In this document: piece after piece, positions 39,749 through 47,754 of the stretch
How the letters are laid out: each line of letters begins with the position of its first letter
How positions within the stretch are numbered: the first letter of the stretch is position 1
Assembly: GCA_963842395.1 (NCBI GenBank)
Contig: CAWJGJ010000001.1
Location: 2,922,889 to 2,986,888, forward strand
DNA length: 64,000 nucleotides
Direction: 5' to 3'
Origin: an uncultured Acidimicrobiales bacterium
GTDB lineage: Bacteria > Actinomycetota > Acidimicrobiia > Acidimicrobiales > VFJN01
Notes under the pieces: generated by a model
The model's input: only the letters and a program-made list of their open reading frames with translations
What the model was told of the DNA's origin: nothing
Databases searched by the model: none
Translations under genes and position numbers: made by a program

Positions 39749-39961
39749 TCAGATCCCGAACTCCAGGCCCTCGACCGCGCCGGTGAGCACGACGAGCAGC
39801 GCGGCCCCGATCGTGGAGGCCACGAGCAGGAGCACGGCGATCATCGCCACCTCGTCGCTCAGCCCCCCGTCCTCGGTGCGGCGGTCGTGCCAGGCGGCGG
39901 CGACCGCCACCAGCACGGATGTGGCGGCAGCCGTGGCCCGCCGCCGGATCGTCTCGGTCAT
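39749..39961 (-). CDS. flp: Flp-family type IVb/c prepilin
   Basis: 70 aa from ATG 39961 with GGAGA 7 nt upstream (ORF track start 39976). Candidate processing site DGG/LSDEVAMIAVLLLVASTIGAALL, with Glu at about +5 and a hydrophobic helix. Confidence 0.6.
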   Translation of the reverse strand: MTETIRRRATAAATSVLVAVAAAWHDRRTEDGGLSDEVAMIAVLLLVASTIGAALLVVLTGAVEGLEFGI

Positions 39962-39980
39962 CAACCCATCTCCCATGTCG

Positions 39981-40877
39981 CTACTGCTTGATCTGGAGCA
40001 TCGCCACCAACGCCGGGTAGCAGAGGAACAGCAGGAACCCGACCACGAGCAGCACGCTGGGCAGGCTCATCCGCTCGGTGACCGAGGCGGCCGCCAGCTC
40101 GCCCTCGGCCGCCGTCCGCTCGCGCATCGTCCTCGCCTTGGCGGCGACCGTGACGCGCACCGCGGCACCCTCCTCCCCCGCCAGGGCCACCGTGCTGGCC
40201 AGCTCGGACAGGTCGGCCACGCCCAACTCGGCACCCAGGCGCTCGAGCGCCACCCACGGCGGCTCGCCCCGCACGTACCCGGCCTGGAGGGCGCCGCGCA
40301 GCTCGGCGAAGGCCCAGCCCTGCCCCGAGCTGCCCGCGGTCTCCATGGCCTGCTCGACCCCGCGCCCCGAGGCCAGCGTCATCACCACCACGTCGCACCA
40401 CGACGACAGGGCATGGGTGAAGGCCCGGCGGCGCTCGGCCGCCTCGGCCCGCAGGCTCACGAACGGCAGTACCAGGCCGGCGGTCGACGCCGCGAGCGCG
40501 ACGGCCCCGGGCAGGAAGCCCGGCAGTGGCAGGCCCAGCGCCCAGCCCAGGAACCCGATCCAGGGCCCGATCACGAGCGGCAGCAGGACGTACACGGCGA
40601 CCCGCACAGCCTCGACCTCGGGCTCGCGGCCCACGACCCGGAGGTCGGACCGGAGGGCGTCGAGCCGGCGGGCGAGCGGGGGGATGTGGTCGAGCAGGAA
40701 GCCCCCGATGCGGGCGTCGCGCTGGTCGAGCCCGTCCGCCACCGGACGCGGCGCCACGGGCAGCCGGCTGACACGGGCGAGCGCGGCGTCGAGCGGCTCG
40801 GGCAGCGGCCGCAGGCCCGTCCACGCCAGCCACAGCCCCAGCCCCGACGTGAGCCCGGCCACGAGGGCGACGGTCAC
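39981..40877 (-). CDS. tadC: type II secretion system F-family protein TadC
   Basis: 298-aa polytopic ORF with a T2SSF-like core, located directly downstream of tadB. Confidence 0.8.
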   Translation of the reverse strand: MTVALVAGLTSGLGLWLAWTGLRPLPEPLDAALARVSRLPVAPRPVADGLDQRDARIGGFLLDHIPPLARRLDALRSDLRVVGREPEVEAVRVAVYVLLPLVIGPWIGFLGWALGLPLPGFLPGAVALAASTAGLVLPFVSLRAEAAERRRAFTHALSSWCDVVVMTLASGRGVEQAMETAGSSGQGWAFAELRGALQAGYVRGEPPWVALERLGAELGVADLSELASTVALAGEEGAAVRVTVAAKARTMRERTAAEGELAAASVTERMSLPSVLLVVGFLLFLCYPALVAMLQIKQ

Positions 40878-40914
40878 GGTCCCGCCGCCACGACGGACCT
40901 CGTCGCGGCGGGCC

Positions 40915-41754
40915 TCACGTGTCCGACCCGCTCACGAGGAACCGCTCGATCCCGCGGGACCGGCCCATGCGGGCCATGGTCCACACCGCGGTCGCCCAGA
41001 TGCCCACCACCGCGGCCAGGACGAGCTGGCCGCCCGGCGTGCTGTAGGGCGCCAGGTAGCTGCGTCCGATCAGGGAGAAGACGCCGACGAACAAGCCCAT
41101 GATCGCCAGCACGGAGCGCATGTCGGCCCGCGGACGCGCCCGCGCCACCTCGATGCGGCGGTGCATCCGGGCCTCCTCGCGGGCCACCGACGCCAGGTCG
41201 TCGAGCACCGACCGGATCTGGCGCCCGCCCGAGCGGGCGGCGAGGCGCAACGCCGTGACGACCAGGTCGCCGACCGGGTGGGCCAGGTCGTCGGCCAGGT
41301 CGTCGAGCGCCGGGCCGAGGGGGTCGTAGGGCAGCCGCCGCGCCAGCCGCATGACGTGGGGCCGGATGGTGGCGGGCGCGCCCGGGGCGGTGGCGACGAG
41401 GACGCCCTCGATCCCCCGCGGCGTGCCGGTGGCGTCGCGCAGCATCTCGGCCCACGCGGTGAGGGCCTCGGCCACCTCGGCGCCCTCGGTCTGGCGCCGC
41501 AGGGGCGACGACCGGCCCGTCAGCAGCCCGGCGGCCGCGGCGGCCGCGAGGGCGGCGACCGGCCACCGGGTCAGCACCAGCACCGCGAGCCCGACGCCGA
41601 CCACCAGCACCACCCGCTCCGGGCCCGGCGCCTGGCGGGTGCGGTGCGGGGCGCGCGCCGCCCGGGGCACGACGGGGCGCAGGCGGGCGCCCGACACGGC
41701 CAGCAGCACGCCCGCGACCACGGCCACGCCGGACAGCAGGGCGACGGCGGTCAC
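40915..41754 (-). CDS. tadB: type II secretion system F-family protein TadB
   Basis: 279 aa from GTG 41754 (GTGA overlap with the cpaF stop). T2SSF-like membrane protein. Confidence 0.8.
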   Translation of the reverse strand: MTAVALLSGVAVVAGVLLAVSGARLRPVVPRAARAPHRTRQAPGPERVVLVVGVGLAVLVLTRWPVAALAAAAAAGLLTGRSSPLRRQTEGAEVAEALTAWAEMLRDATGTPRGIEGVLVATAPGAPATIRPHVMRLARRLPYDPLGPALDDLADDLAHPVGDLVVTALRLAARSGGRQIRSVLDDLASVAREEARMHRRIEVARARPRADMRSVLAIMGLFVGVFSLIGRSYLAPYSTPGGQLVLAAVVGIWATAVWTMARMGRSRGIERFLVSGSDT

Positions 41755-43098
41755 CAGCCACCCCCGTCCCGGTGCAGGGACGGCTCGTAGCCGTGCTCGA
41801 CCAGCAGGTCGAGGGTGACGACGGGGATGGGCGCGCGGGAGTTGCGCACCGCCGACCGGTCGGGCCCGGGGACGAACCAGTCGTTGGTGATGATCTGGCG
41901 GTCGGTGGGGTCGTAGTCGAGGACCTGGGTGATCTCCGACACGACCCGGCGCCCGTCGGGGGTCAGGTCGAGGTAGACGATCAGGTCGAGGGCGAAGGCG
42001 GCGGTCTGCAGCACGTCCGCCCGCTCGAAGCTGGCGCCGCCGCGGCGGGCGTAGTTGACCAGCTTCTCGAACGTCTGGCGCGACGACCGGGCGTGCAGCG
42101 TGCACAGCGTGCCGGCGATGCCGTCGCACGCGGCCTCGAGCATGTACATGACCTCGGGCCCGCGCACCTCGCCCACCACGATGCGGTCGGGGGCGTGGCG
42201 CTTCACGGCCCAGGTCAGGTCGGCGAGGGTGACGGCGCCCTCGCCCTCCATGTTGGCGGGCCGCTCGACCAGCTCGAGCACGTGGTCGTGCCGCCGGGGA
42301 TCGAGCCCAAGCTGCAGCTCGCGGTCCTGCTCGAGCACCACGATGCGCTCGCTCGGCGGGCACTCGTGCAGCAGGGCCCGCACGAGGGTCGTCTTGCCCC
42401 GCCCCATGCCCCCCGCCACCAGGATGTTCAGCCGGGCACGCATGGCGGCGCGCAGCAGGCTGGCGACGCCCTCGTCGTACATCTTCCACTCGCGGACCAG
42501 CGTCTCCTGGTCGGCGTCCACCAGCGCGTGGCGCCGCACCGACACGTACGGCCGGTCCGACACCCATGCCACCGCGGCGAGGCGCGACCCGTCCGAGAGC
42601 TGCAGGTCGAGCAGCGGCCGCGACGGGGAGAACTCCTTCTCGATCTGGGCGGAGCCGTCCTCGAGCCCCAGGCGGCCGCCCTTGCGGGCCAGGGCCTGGA
42701 TCTGCCCGACGAGGTCGTCGTCGCTGGACGCCACGGGCGCCACCCGCTGCTCGCGGCCGTCCACGGTGCGGATCCGGACGTTGTCGTGGCCGATCACGAA
42801 GATGTCGGTGACGTCGGCGCGGGCCAGGTAGGCCTCGAGGCCCGGCAGCTGCGAGAACAGCCCGGCCAGCACCGCATCGCGGATGCGGCCGTCCTCCTCC
42901 GGGGTGCGGGCGAGCTCGCCGCGCTCGGTGTGCGGCCCGCCACTGGTCGTCGAGCTCGCGCTGCAGGATCGCCAGGGCCATCTGGGTGCGGTCGGCGCCG
43001 TCCAGCGGGGCCAGGCCGTGCTGCTCGCGGCGGCCCACCTCCTCGCCGATCTCGCCGACCACGATGCGCCGCAGCCGCTCCACCGCCGGATCACTCAC
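41751..43098 (-). pseudogene. tadA: CpaF/TadA pilus-assembly ATPase, reading frame broken near 42930
   Basis: The N-terminus (VSDPAVERLRRIVVGEIGEEVGRREQHGLAPLDGADRTQMALAILQRELDDQWRAAH) is read from GTG 43098. The rest (TERGELARTPEEDGRIRDAVLAGLF...) is one base out of frame and runs to TGA 41751. Walker A AGGMGRGKTT, plus VGEVRG. Confidence 0.85.
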
Positions 43099-43282
43099 TG
43101 GTGCACCCTTCGGGATGCACGCAGTGACCGATCGGCACTTCGTGCCGGGCAACGCACTGCGCCCATGGTTCGCTCGCTGCGCTCGCTCACTGGTGCACCC
43201 TTCGGGATGCACGCAGTGACCGATCGGCACTTCGTGCCGGGCAACGCACTGCGCCCATGGTTCGCTCGCTGCGCTCGCTCAC
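43094..43282. repeat. perfect 92-bp tandem duplication (2 units) filling the tadZ-like/cpaF intergenic spacer
   Basis: Units 43096-43187 and 43188-43279 are identical by eye. CTCAC (GTGAG on the coding strand) is present at all three junctions. Confidence 0.9.
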
Positions 43283-44013
43283 GACGGGACCCCGGCGGTC
43301 GTGGGGGCGGCGAGACCGCGCAGCTCGGCGAGCGCGAACGCCGCCGACCGGGCGAGGCGCGAGCGCAGCCAGCCCCGCGACACCCCGCGGGCCCACAGCG
43401 TCGCCGCGCCTCGGGGATCCCAGGCGAGGGCGCCCGCCAGCGGCACGTCGAGGTGGGCTGCGATCTCGGCGGGGGCGTACGGCCGGCGGCCGACGACGAG
43501 CACGGCCACCGGCACGCCCGAGGCGCGGCGCACCTGGTCGATGCCCAGCCGGGCGCTCTCGACGGCGGCGAGCGTGGGGCGGGTGACGACCACCACCAGG
43601 TCGGCGCCGGCGATGCGGGACGACGCCGGCTGGCTCGGCTCCCACCGCCCGGCGTCGACCACCACGTCGGGGGCCGCGGCGCGCAGGCCCCGCAGCCACC
43701 GGTCGCCCGCCGAGCCGATCACCGATTCGGCGACGTGCCCGGCGGTGGGGGCGAGCAGTGCGGGCAGCCCGGGCGGCACGAGCGCGAGGTGGGCCGCCAC
43801 CGGACCGGCGTCGGGCTGCCGCCGGAGGGTGGCGGCCACGTCGACCAGACCCCAGACGGCCGGGGCCCCCGAGAGCACCTGCACCGAGCCGCCCGCGGGG
43901 TCGAGCTCCACCAGCAGGCCGTCGCCCGTGCGACCGGCCACGCCCGCCAGCGCGGCGGCCGCGGTGGTCACGCCGGGCGAGCCCTTGGTCGACATCAGCA
44001 CGAGGGACGTCAC
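43279..44013 (-). CDS. TadZ/CpaE-like (Ssd-type) ParA-fold protein with degenerate Walker A
   Basis: 244 aa from GTG 44013. VLMSTKGSPGVTT replaces the canonical KGGxGK[ST]T. Located between cpaB and cpaF. Confidence 0.7.
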   Translation of the reverse strand: MTSLVLMSTKGSPGVTTAAAALAGVAGRTGDGLLVELDPAGGSVQVLSGAPAVWGLVDVAATLRRQPDAGPVAAHLALVPPGLPALLAPTAGHVAESVIGSAGDRWLRGLRAAAPDVVVDAGRWEPSQPASSRIAGADLVVVVTRPTLAAVESARLGIDQVRRASGVPVAVLVVGRRPYAPAEIAAHLDVPLAGALAWDPRGAATLWARGVSRGWLRSRLARSAAFALAELRGLAAPTTAGVPS

Positions 44014-44057
44014 GGCGCGACCGCGCCCGGCTGCGACGGCGACCCGGAGGGACCCAC

Positions 44058-44777
44058 TCAGCCCTGCCCCACCACGGTGAGGACCACCCGCTGATCGCCC
44101 GCGGCGAGGCCGACCTCGAGTGCCGAGGACCGCGGCACCACCAGGGTGACGTCGCGCTCGCCGGTCTGGTCGTCGACAGGGCCCACGTCCAGCAGCCACC
44201 CCGGCACCGACATGGCACCGCTGTCGCTCGACTGCTCGGGCTGGACGCCCACCTCCACTTCCGCTCCGGCCCGCAGGTCGACGGGTGCGTGCCCCGGTTC
44301 GAGCGCCACACCGACCTCCGCCTCGGACGCCGACACGAGCCGCTCGCCCGCCGCGAACACGTGGTCGGGCGCCAGCACGGTGCCCGCGGGCACCGCGGTG
44401 GCCGTCACCCGGCCCACCATCTCGCTCAGGTCTCCGCCCGGCACCGTGGCCACGCCGGGGTCGGCGGCCACCCGCTCGACCCGCAGGTCGTCCTCGTCGA
44501 GGGTCTCGTAGGCGCCGATGTCGTGGGCCGCCACCAGCACCGCGACCCGGGCACCGGCCGACAGGTAGAGCGCGGCGAACACCCAGCCGCCCAGCAGGGC
44601 GAGGCAGGCGCCGGCGGCGAAGCGGCCCCAGCGGCGGCGCATGGGCAGCCCGTGGGCCGACCGGGGGGCGCCCACGGCCCGGCGCCCGTGGGCACGGGCG
44701 ACGGCGGGCGAGGGCGGTGACGCCGGCGGGGGCGGGGGCGGCGGCGGCACCGCCGGGCTGGGCGAGGCGACGGTCAT
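44058..44777 (-). CDS. cpaB: Flp pilus assembly protein CpaB/RcpC (SAF-domain)
   Basis: 239 aa from ATG 44777 (ATGA overlap with the upstream stop). Poly-Pro N-terminus, one TM helix, and a SAF-like segment DIGAYETLDEDDLRVERV. Confidence 0.75.
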   Translation of the reverse strand: MTVASPSPAVPPPPPPPPASPPSPAVARAHGRRAVGAPRSAHGLPMRRRWGRFAAGACLALLGGWVFAALYLSAGARVAVLVAAHDIGAYETLDEDDLRVERVAADPGVATVPGGDLSEMVGRVTATAVPAGTVLAPDHVFAAGERLVSASEAEVGVALEPGHAPVDLRAGAEVEVGVQPEQSSDSGAMSVPGWLLDVGPVDDQTGERDVTLVVPRSSALEVGLAAGDQRVVLTVVGQG

Positions 44778-45871
44778 CCTCCGACCCCCACCTCGGCGTC
44801 GACGACGAGGCCGTGGATCTCGATCACTGGCCGGGCCAGGTCGGTCGACAGCGTGATGGGATCGAAGCTGCCGGTCTCGCCCGGGCCCTCCCAGGTGACC
44901 GACCACGTGACGCTCACGGTGCCCGGCCAGCCCTCGCCGCCCCTCGCGGTGCGGTGCAGGTAGGTGTGGGCGCAGGCGCCCGGGCGCTCGGCCTGCTCGA
45001 CAGGGTCGACCTCGGGGTCGAAGACGGTGCCCGCGCCGGCGCACATGACGTCGTCGGCGCCCGGCTCGCCCGGATCGAAGCTGAGCTGCGGCGTGGCGGT
45101 GAGCGTCACACACACGCCCTGCTGGCACTCGGGCCCCTCGACGATCGTTGGCTCCCAGTTGGACACGGCGACGAAGGTGGGCACCTCGATGAAGCCGCGC
45201 GACCCCACAGGAGGGCTGGCGACGACAGCAGGATCGAGCAGGGTCGCCTGGACCTCGACCCACACGTCGGCCGCTACCTCGGCGGGTGTCGGGGGCGGGT
45301 CGAAGAATCCGAGGAGGTCGAGCACCCAGTCCACGTCCTCCGAGTAGAAGAGTCCCTCCCGTGGGCACACGAAGTAGAGAAGGGTTCCGCCCGGGCCACT
45401 GTCGGGGAAGTAGTAGGAGAGCAGACTCTGGTCGGGGTGGGGGACGTACTGGCAGATCTCGCTGGGGCGCAGGCCGGTCGCTCCCACGATGCTCACGCAG
45501 TCGCCCCAGCCCGGTGCCTCCTCGGCGCAGACCGCGGCCGCGTCGATGCCGCCACCACCGCCACCCCCGCCGCCTCCACCGCCACCTCCACCCGGCGGGT
45601 CAGTCGGGCCGCCGCCGCCGGGGCAGCCGACCTCGACGGTGGTCCCGCCGTTCGTAGTGCCCGTACCGGGCTCGCAGGGCTCGGCGGCCGCGGCCCCCGA
45701 AGCGCCGGTGGTCGCAGGCTCGGCCGTCTCGGCGCCGGCAGAGGCGGGGGTTGCCGGTGCCGCCACCGCCCCGGCCGCCACCAGAGCCGCCGCCAATGTC
45801 ACGGCAGCAAGTCGCGCCCAGCCCGCGGGCATGGTCGAGTGTCGGAACCTCATGGTCGCTCGCTTTCGCAT
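44774..45871 (-). CDS. secreted Cys-rich protein with (Gly)15 tract, function unknown
   Basis: 365-aa ORF. Signal peptide ending ATPASA, a run of 15 Gly (mixed GGN codons, about 45540-45600), and about 10 Cys. Confidence 0.7.
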   Translation of the reverse strand: MRKRATMRFRHSTMPAGWARLAAVTLAAALVAAGAVAAPATPASAGAETAEPATTGASGAAAAEPCEPGTGTTNGGTTVEVGCPGGGGPTDPPGGGGGGGGGGGGGGGIDAAAVCAEEAPGWGDCVSIVGATGLRPSEICQYVPHPDQSLLSYYFPDSGPGGTLLYFVCPREGLFYSEDVDWVLDLLGFFDPPPTPAEVAADVWVEVQATLLDPAVVASPPVGSRGFIEVPTFVAVSNWEPTIVEGPECQQGVCVTLTATPQLSFDPGEPGADDVMCAGAGTVFDPEVDPVEQAERPGACAHTYLHRTARGGEGWPGTVSVTWSVTWEGPGETGSFDPITLSTDLARPVIEIHGLVVDAEVGVGG

Positions 45872-46524
45872 CGTCCTGTGTCGGCCCGCACCGAGAGCTC
45901 GCGCAGCCGCCAGCGGCCGTCCACGCGCACTGCGACGCCGTCGCCCCGCTGCAGCCGCAGCGCCACCCGCTGTTGCACGGTGCCGTCCGGACCGACGACC
46001 ACCAGCCGCTGGGCGAGGCAGTAGGGGAAGCCGACCTCGTCGTCGGAGACCGTGGCCAGGTCGCCGTCGATCGACGACACGGTGGCCGGGTGGGCGTCGC
46101 TCGCGGGCCGGGTCAAGAGGCCCTCGTCCGCGCGCTGGACCCAGAGGCCCAGCAGGTCGGCGGCGGGCTCGCTGCCCGGCTCGTACAGGTCCAGGTACTC
46201 CTCGATGAGCGGGTGGGACTCGTCGCGCGCCACGGACGGATCGGCGACGATCTCGTTCACCACCCGGTCGTTCCGACCCAGCAGGGTCTCGATGTAGGGC
46301 CGCACGGCGTCGGTGTCGCTGCCCGGCGGTTCGGTCGAGCGATCAGGGGCGCGGGCCCCACCCGCCGCGTCACCCTCACCGGCCGCCGGACCGGCGTCGG
46401 CGTCGCTGCCGCACGCCAGGACGGGCAGCGGCGCGAGGGCCAGGAACAGCCACAAGGCGGCCCACGGTGCGCCCCATGGCGCCCCGGGCCGGCCGCGGCG
46501 CTCGCCGCGCACCGTCGTCTCCAT
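45850..46524 (-). CDS. lipoprotein of unknown function (first gene of the Tad/T4SS train)
   Basis: 224 aa from ATG 46524. Lipobox LPVLAC-G. The ORF track extends to 46614, but that part is Arg-rich. Confidence 0.6.
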   Translation of the reverse strand: METTVRGERRGRPGAPWGAPWAALWLFLALAPLPVLACGSDADAGPAAGEGDAAGGARAPDRSTEPPGSDTDAVRPYIETLLGRNDRVVNEIVADPSVARDESHPLIEEYLDLYEPGSEPAADLLGLWVQRADEGLLTRPASDAHPATVSSIDGDLATVSDDEVGFPYCLAQRLVVVGPDGTVQQRVALRLQRGDGVAVRVDGRWRLRELSVRADTGRCESERP

Positions 46525-46950
46525 ATGAGAGAGATGCGCCGGCGACCGCCCCGCAGCGCGGCGACGGTGCCGTCCGGTCCCGTCGGCGGGCGCGGGCGGT
46601 CGCTCGGACGTCATCCGGATCCCCCGGCGCGGTGCGGCTGTCCGGCACGTTCCGGCCGATCCACGTCTCGGCGGCCGGGGAGGGTCGGTGGCGCGCCGGT
46701 CGGCGGTCGTCTCATCGCCCGCCCTCCCTTCCTCCCCGCCGTGATCCCGGTGCGTCCGTGCACCCGACCGGACCGTAGGGAGGGCGCCCCATCAGCCGCC
46801 CTGGGGGAAGTCCCAGGTTCGCGCCCGGTTCCGCCGGCGCGGGGCCCCGAGGTGACGCCGCGCGGGCGGGCGTTGCCGCGGAGTGATCAACCCGTCGTCA
46901 GGACACGGTCACGAGGCGGCCGGCCGGCGGCCGCGGGGCTCAGCGCGGGG

Positions 46951-47664
46951 TCAGGGGCCGGTCGCCGTGCCGGTGAGCTGGCAGACCGCCGCCCACTCGG
47001 GGCTGGCGAAGGCGGTGCCATCGGGGGCGTCGCGCCGGGTCGAGGCCTCGACGCCGGCGATCGCGTCGGCCAGCAGGTCGTGCAGCACCCGGTCGGGATC
47101 GGGCACGCACGCGTGGGCGATGCCGACCACGGCGTGCCGGACCGTGTTGGGCGCGGCGTGACGCTGGAAGCCCTTGGCTGTCGGGCGGATCTGCCGGGTG
47201 AAGCCCAGCGCCCACTCCTGCGCATCGGGCACCTGGCACAGCGCGAGCTGGCTGCGCTCGCTGATCGTGCCCGGCGGGCGCCCGTCGAGGTCGCTGCTCA
47301 TGCGCTCGGCAGCCAGCACCGACACGGCCAGGATGCGCTGGCGGTCGGCGGCGGCGATCGGGAGCGCGGTGGTGGCGGCCCGCAGCACGATGTCGACGTC
47401 GACGTGCAGGTCGTCGCTGGTCAGGCCGATGACCGAGGGCACGAGCACGGCCAGCTCGCTGCGGCCCGCGTCGGTGGTGTGGTCGTTGACCAGGCGGGCC
47501 GTGGCGGCGAGCAGCGGGTGGGTGCAGCGCGGGTGATCGCTCCACCGCTCGCCCGCCAGGTAGGACGCCAGCTCCATGAAGCACGCGCCCTTGCGGGGGT
47601 GCCGGTGCTTCCCCCGCGACAGGTGAGGCACCAGGTCGGGCGCGAGGTCAACGTGACGGGACAT
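46951..47664 (-). CDS. conserved hypothetical protein
   Basis: 237 aa from ATG 47664. Protein-like composition (KHRHPRKGACFMELASYLAGERWSDHPRCTHPLLA...). I recognise no motif. Confidence 0.65.
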   Translation of the reverse strand: MSRHVDLAPDLVPHLSRGKHRHPRKGACFMELASYLAGERWSDHPRCTHPLLAATARLVNDHTTDAGRSELAVLVPSVIGLTSDDLHVDVDIVLRAATTALPIAAADRQRILAVSVLAAERMSSDLDGRPPGTISERSQLALCQVPDAQEWALGFTRQIRPTAKGFQRHAAPNTVRHAVVGIAHACVPDPDRVLHDLLADAIAGVEASTRRDAPDGTAFASPEWAAVCQLTGTATGP

Positions 47665-47754
47665 GAGGTACCCCCACGGCATCGTCGGGTCGGTCCACCT
47701 CCAGTGTGGAGCCCCGACGGCCGTGAGGCCACCCCTTGTTTCAGAAACCCATGG

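Noticed and set aside
40915-43230. 771-aa ORF suggesting one giant protein.
   Set aside because: It is a composite. Its C-terminal 279 aa are TadB. Residues near its N-terminus are the true 5' end of cpaF, read in that frame because of the frame break near 42930. The middle part is Arg/Pro-rich nonsense antisense-like sequence.
43094-43282. The 92-bp repeat considered as a tRNA, a mobile-element end or an att site.
   Set aside because: It has no cloverleaf or anticodon architecture. There is no transposase or integrase nearby, no terminal inverted repeats, and I saw the unit nowhere else in the window. It fits a simple local tandem duplication better.
23487-46524. Calling the region an integrative conjugative element or a prophage.
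   Set aside because: The window shows no integrase, excisionase, relaxase, replication or partition gene, no phage structural genes, no flanking tRNA or direct repeats, and no compositional break. It is therefore reported as a chromosomal Tad/T4SS locus of unclear function.
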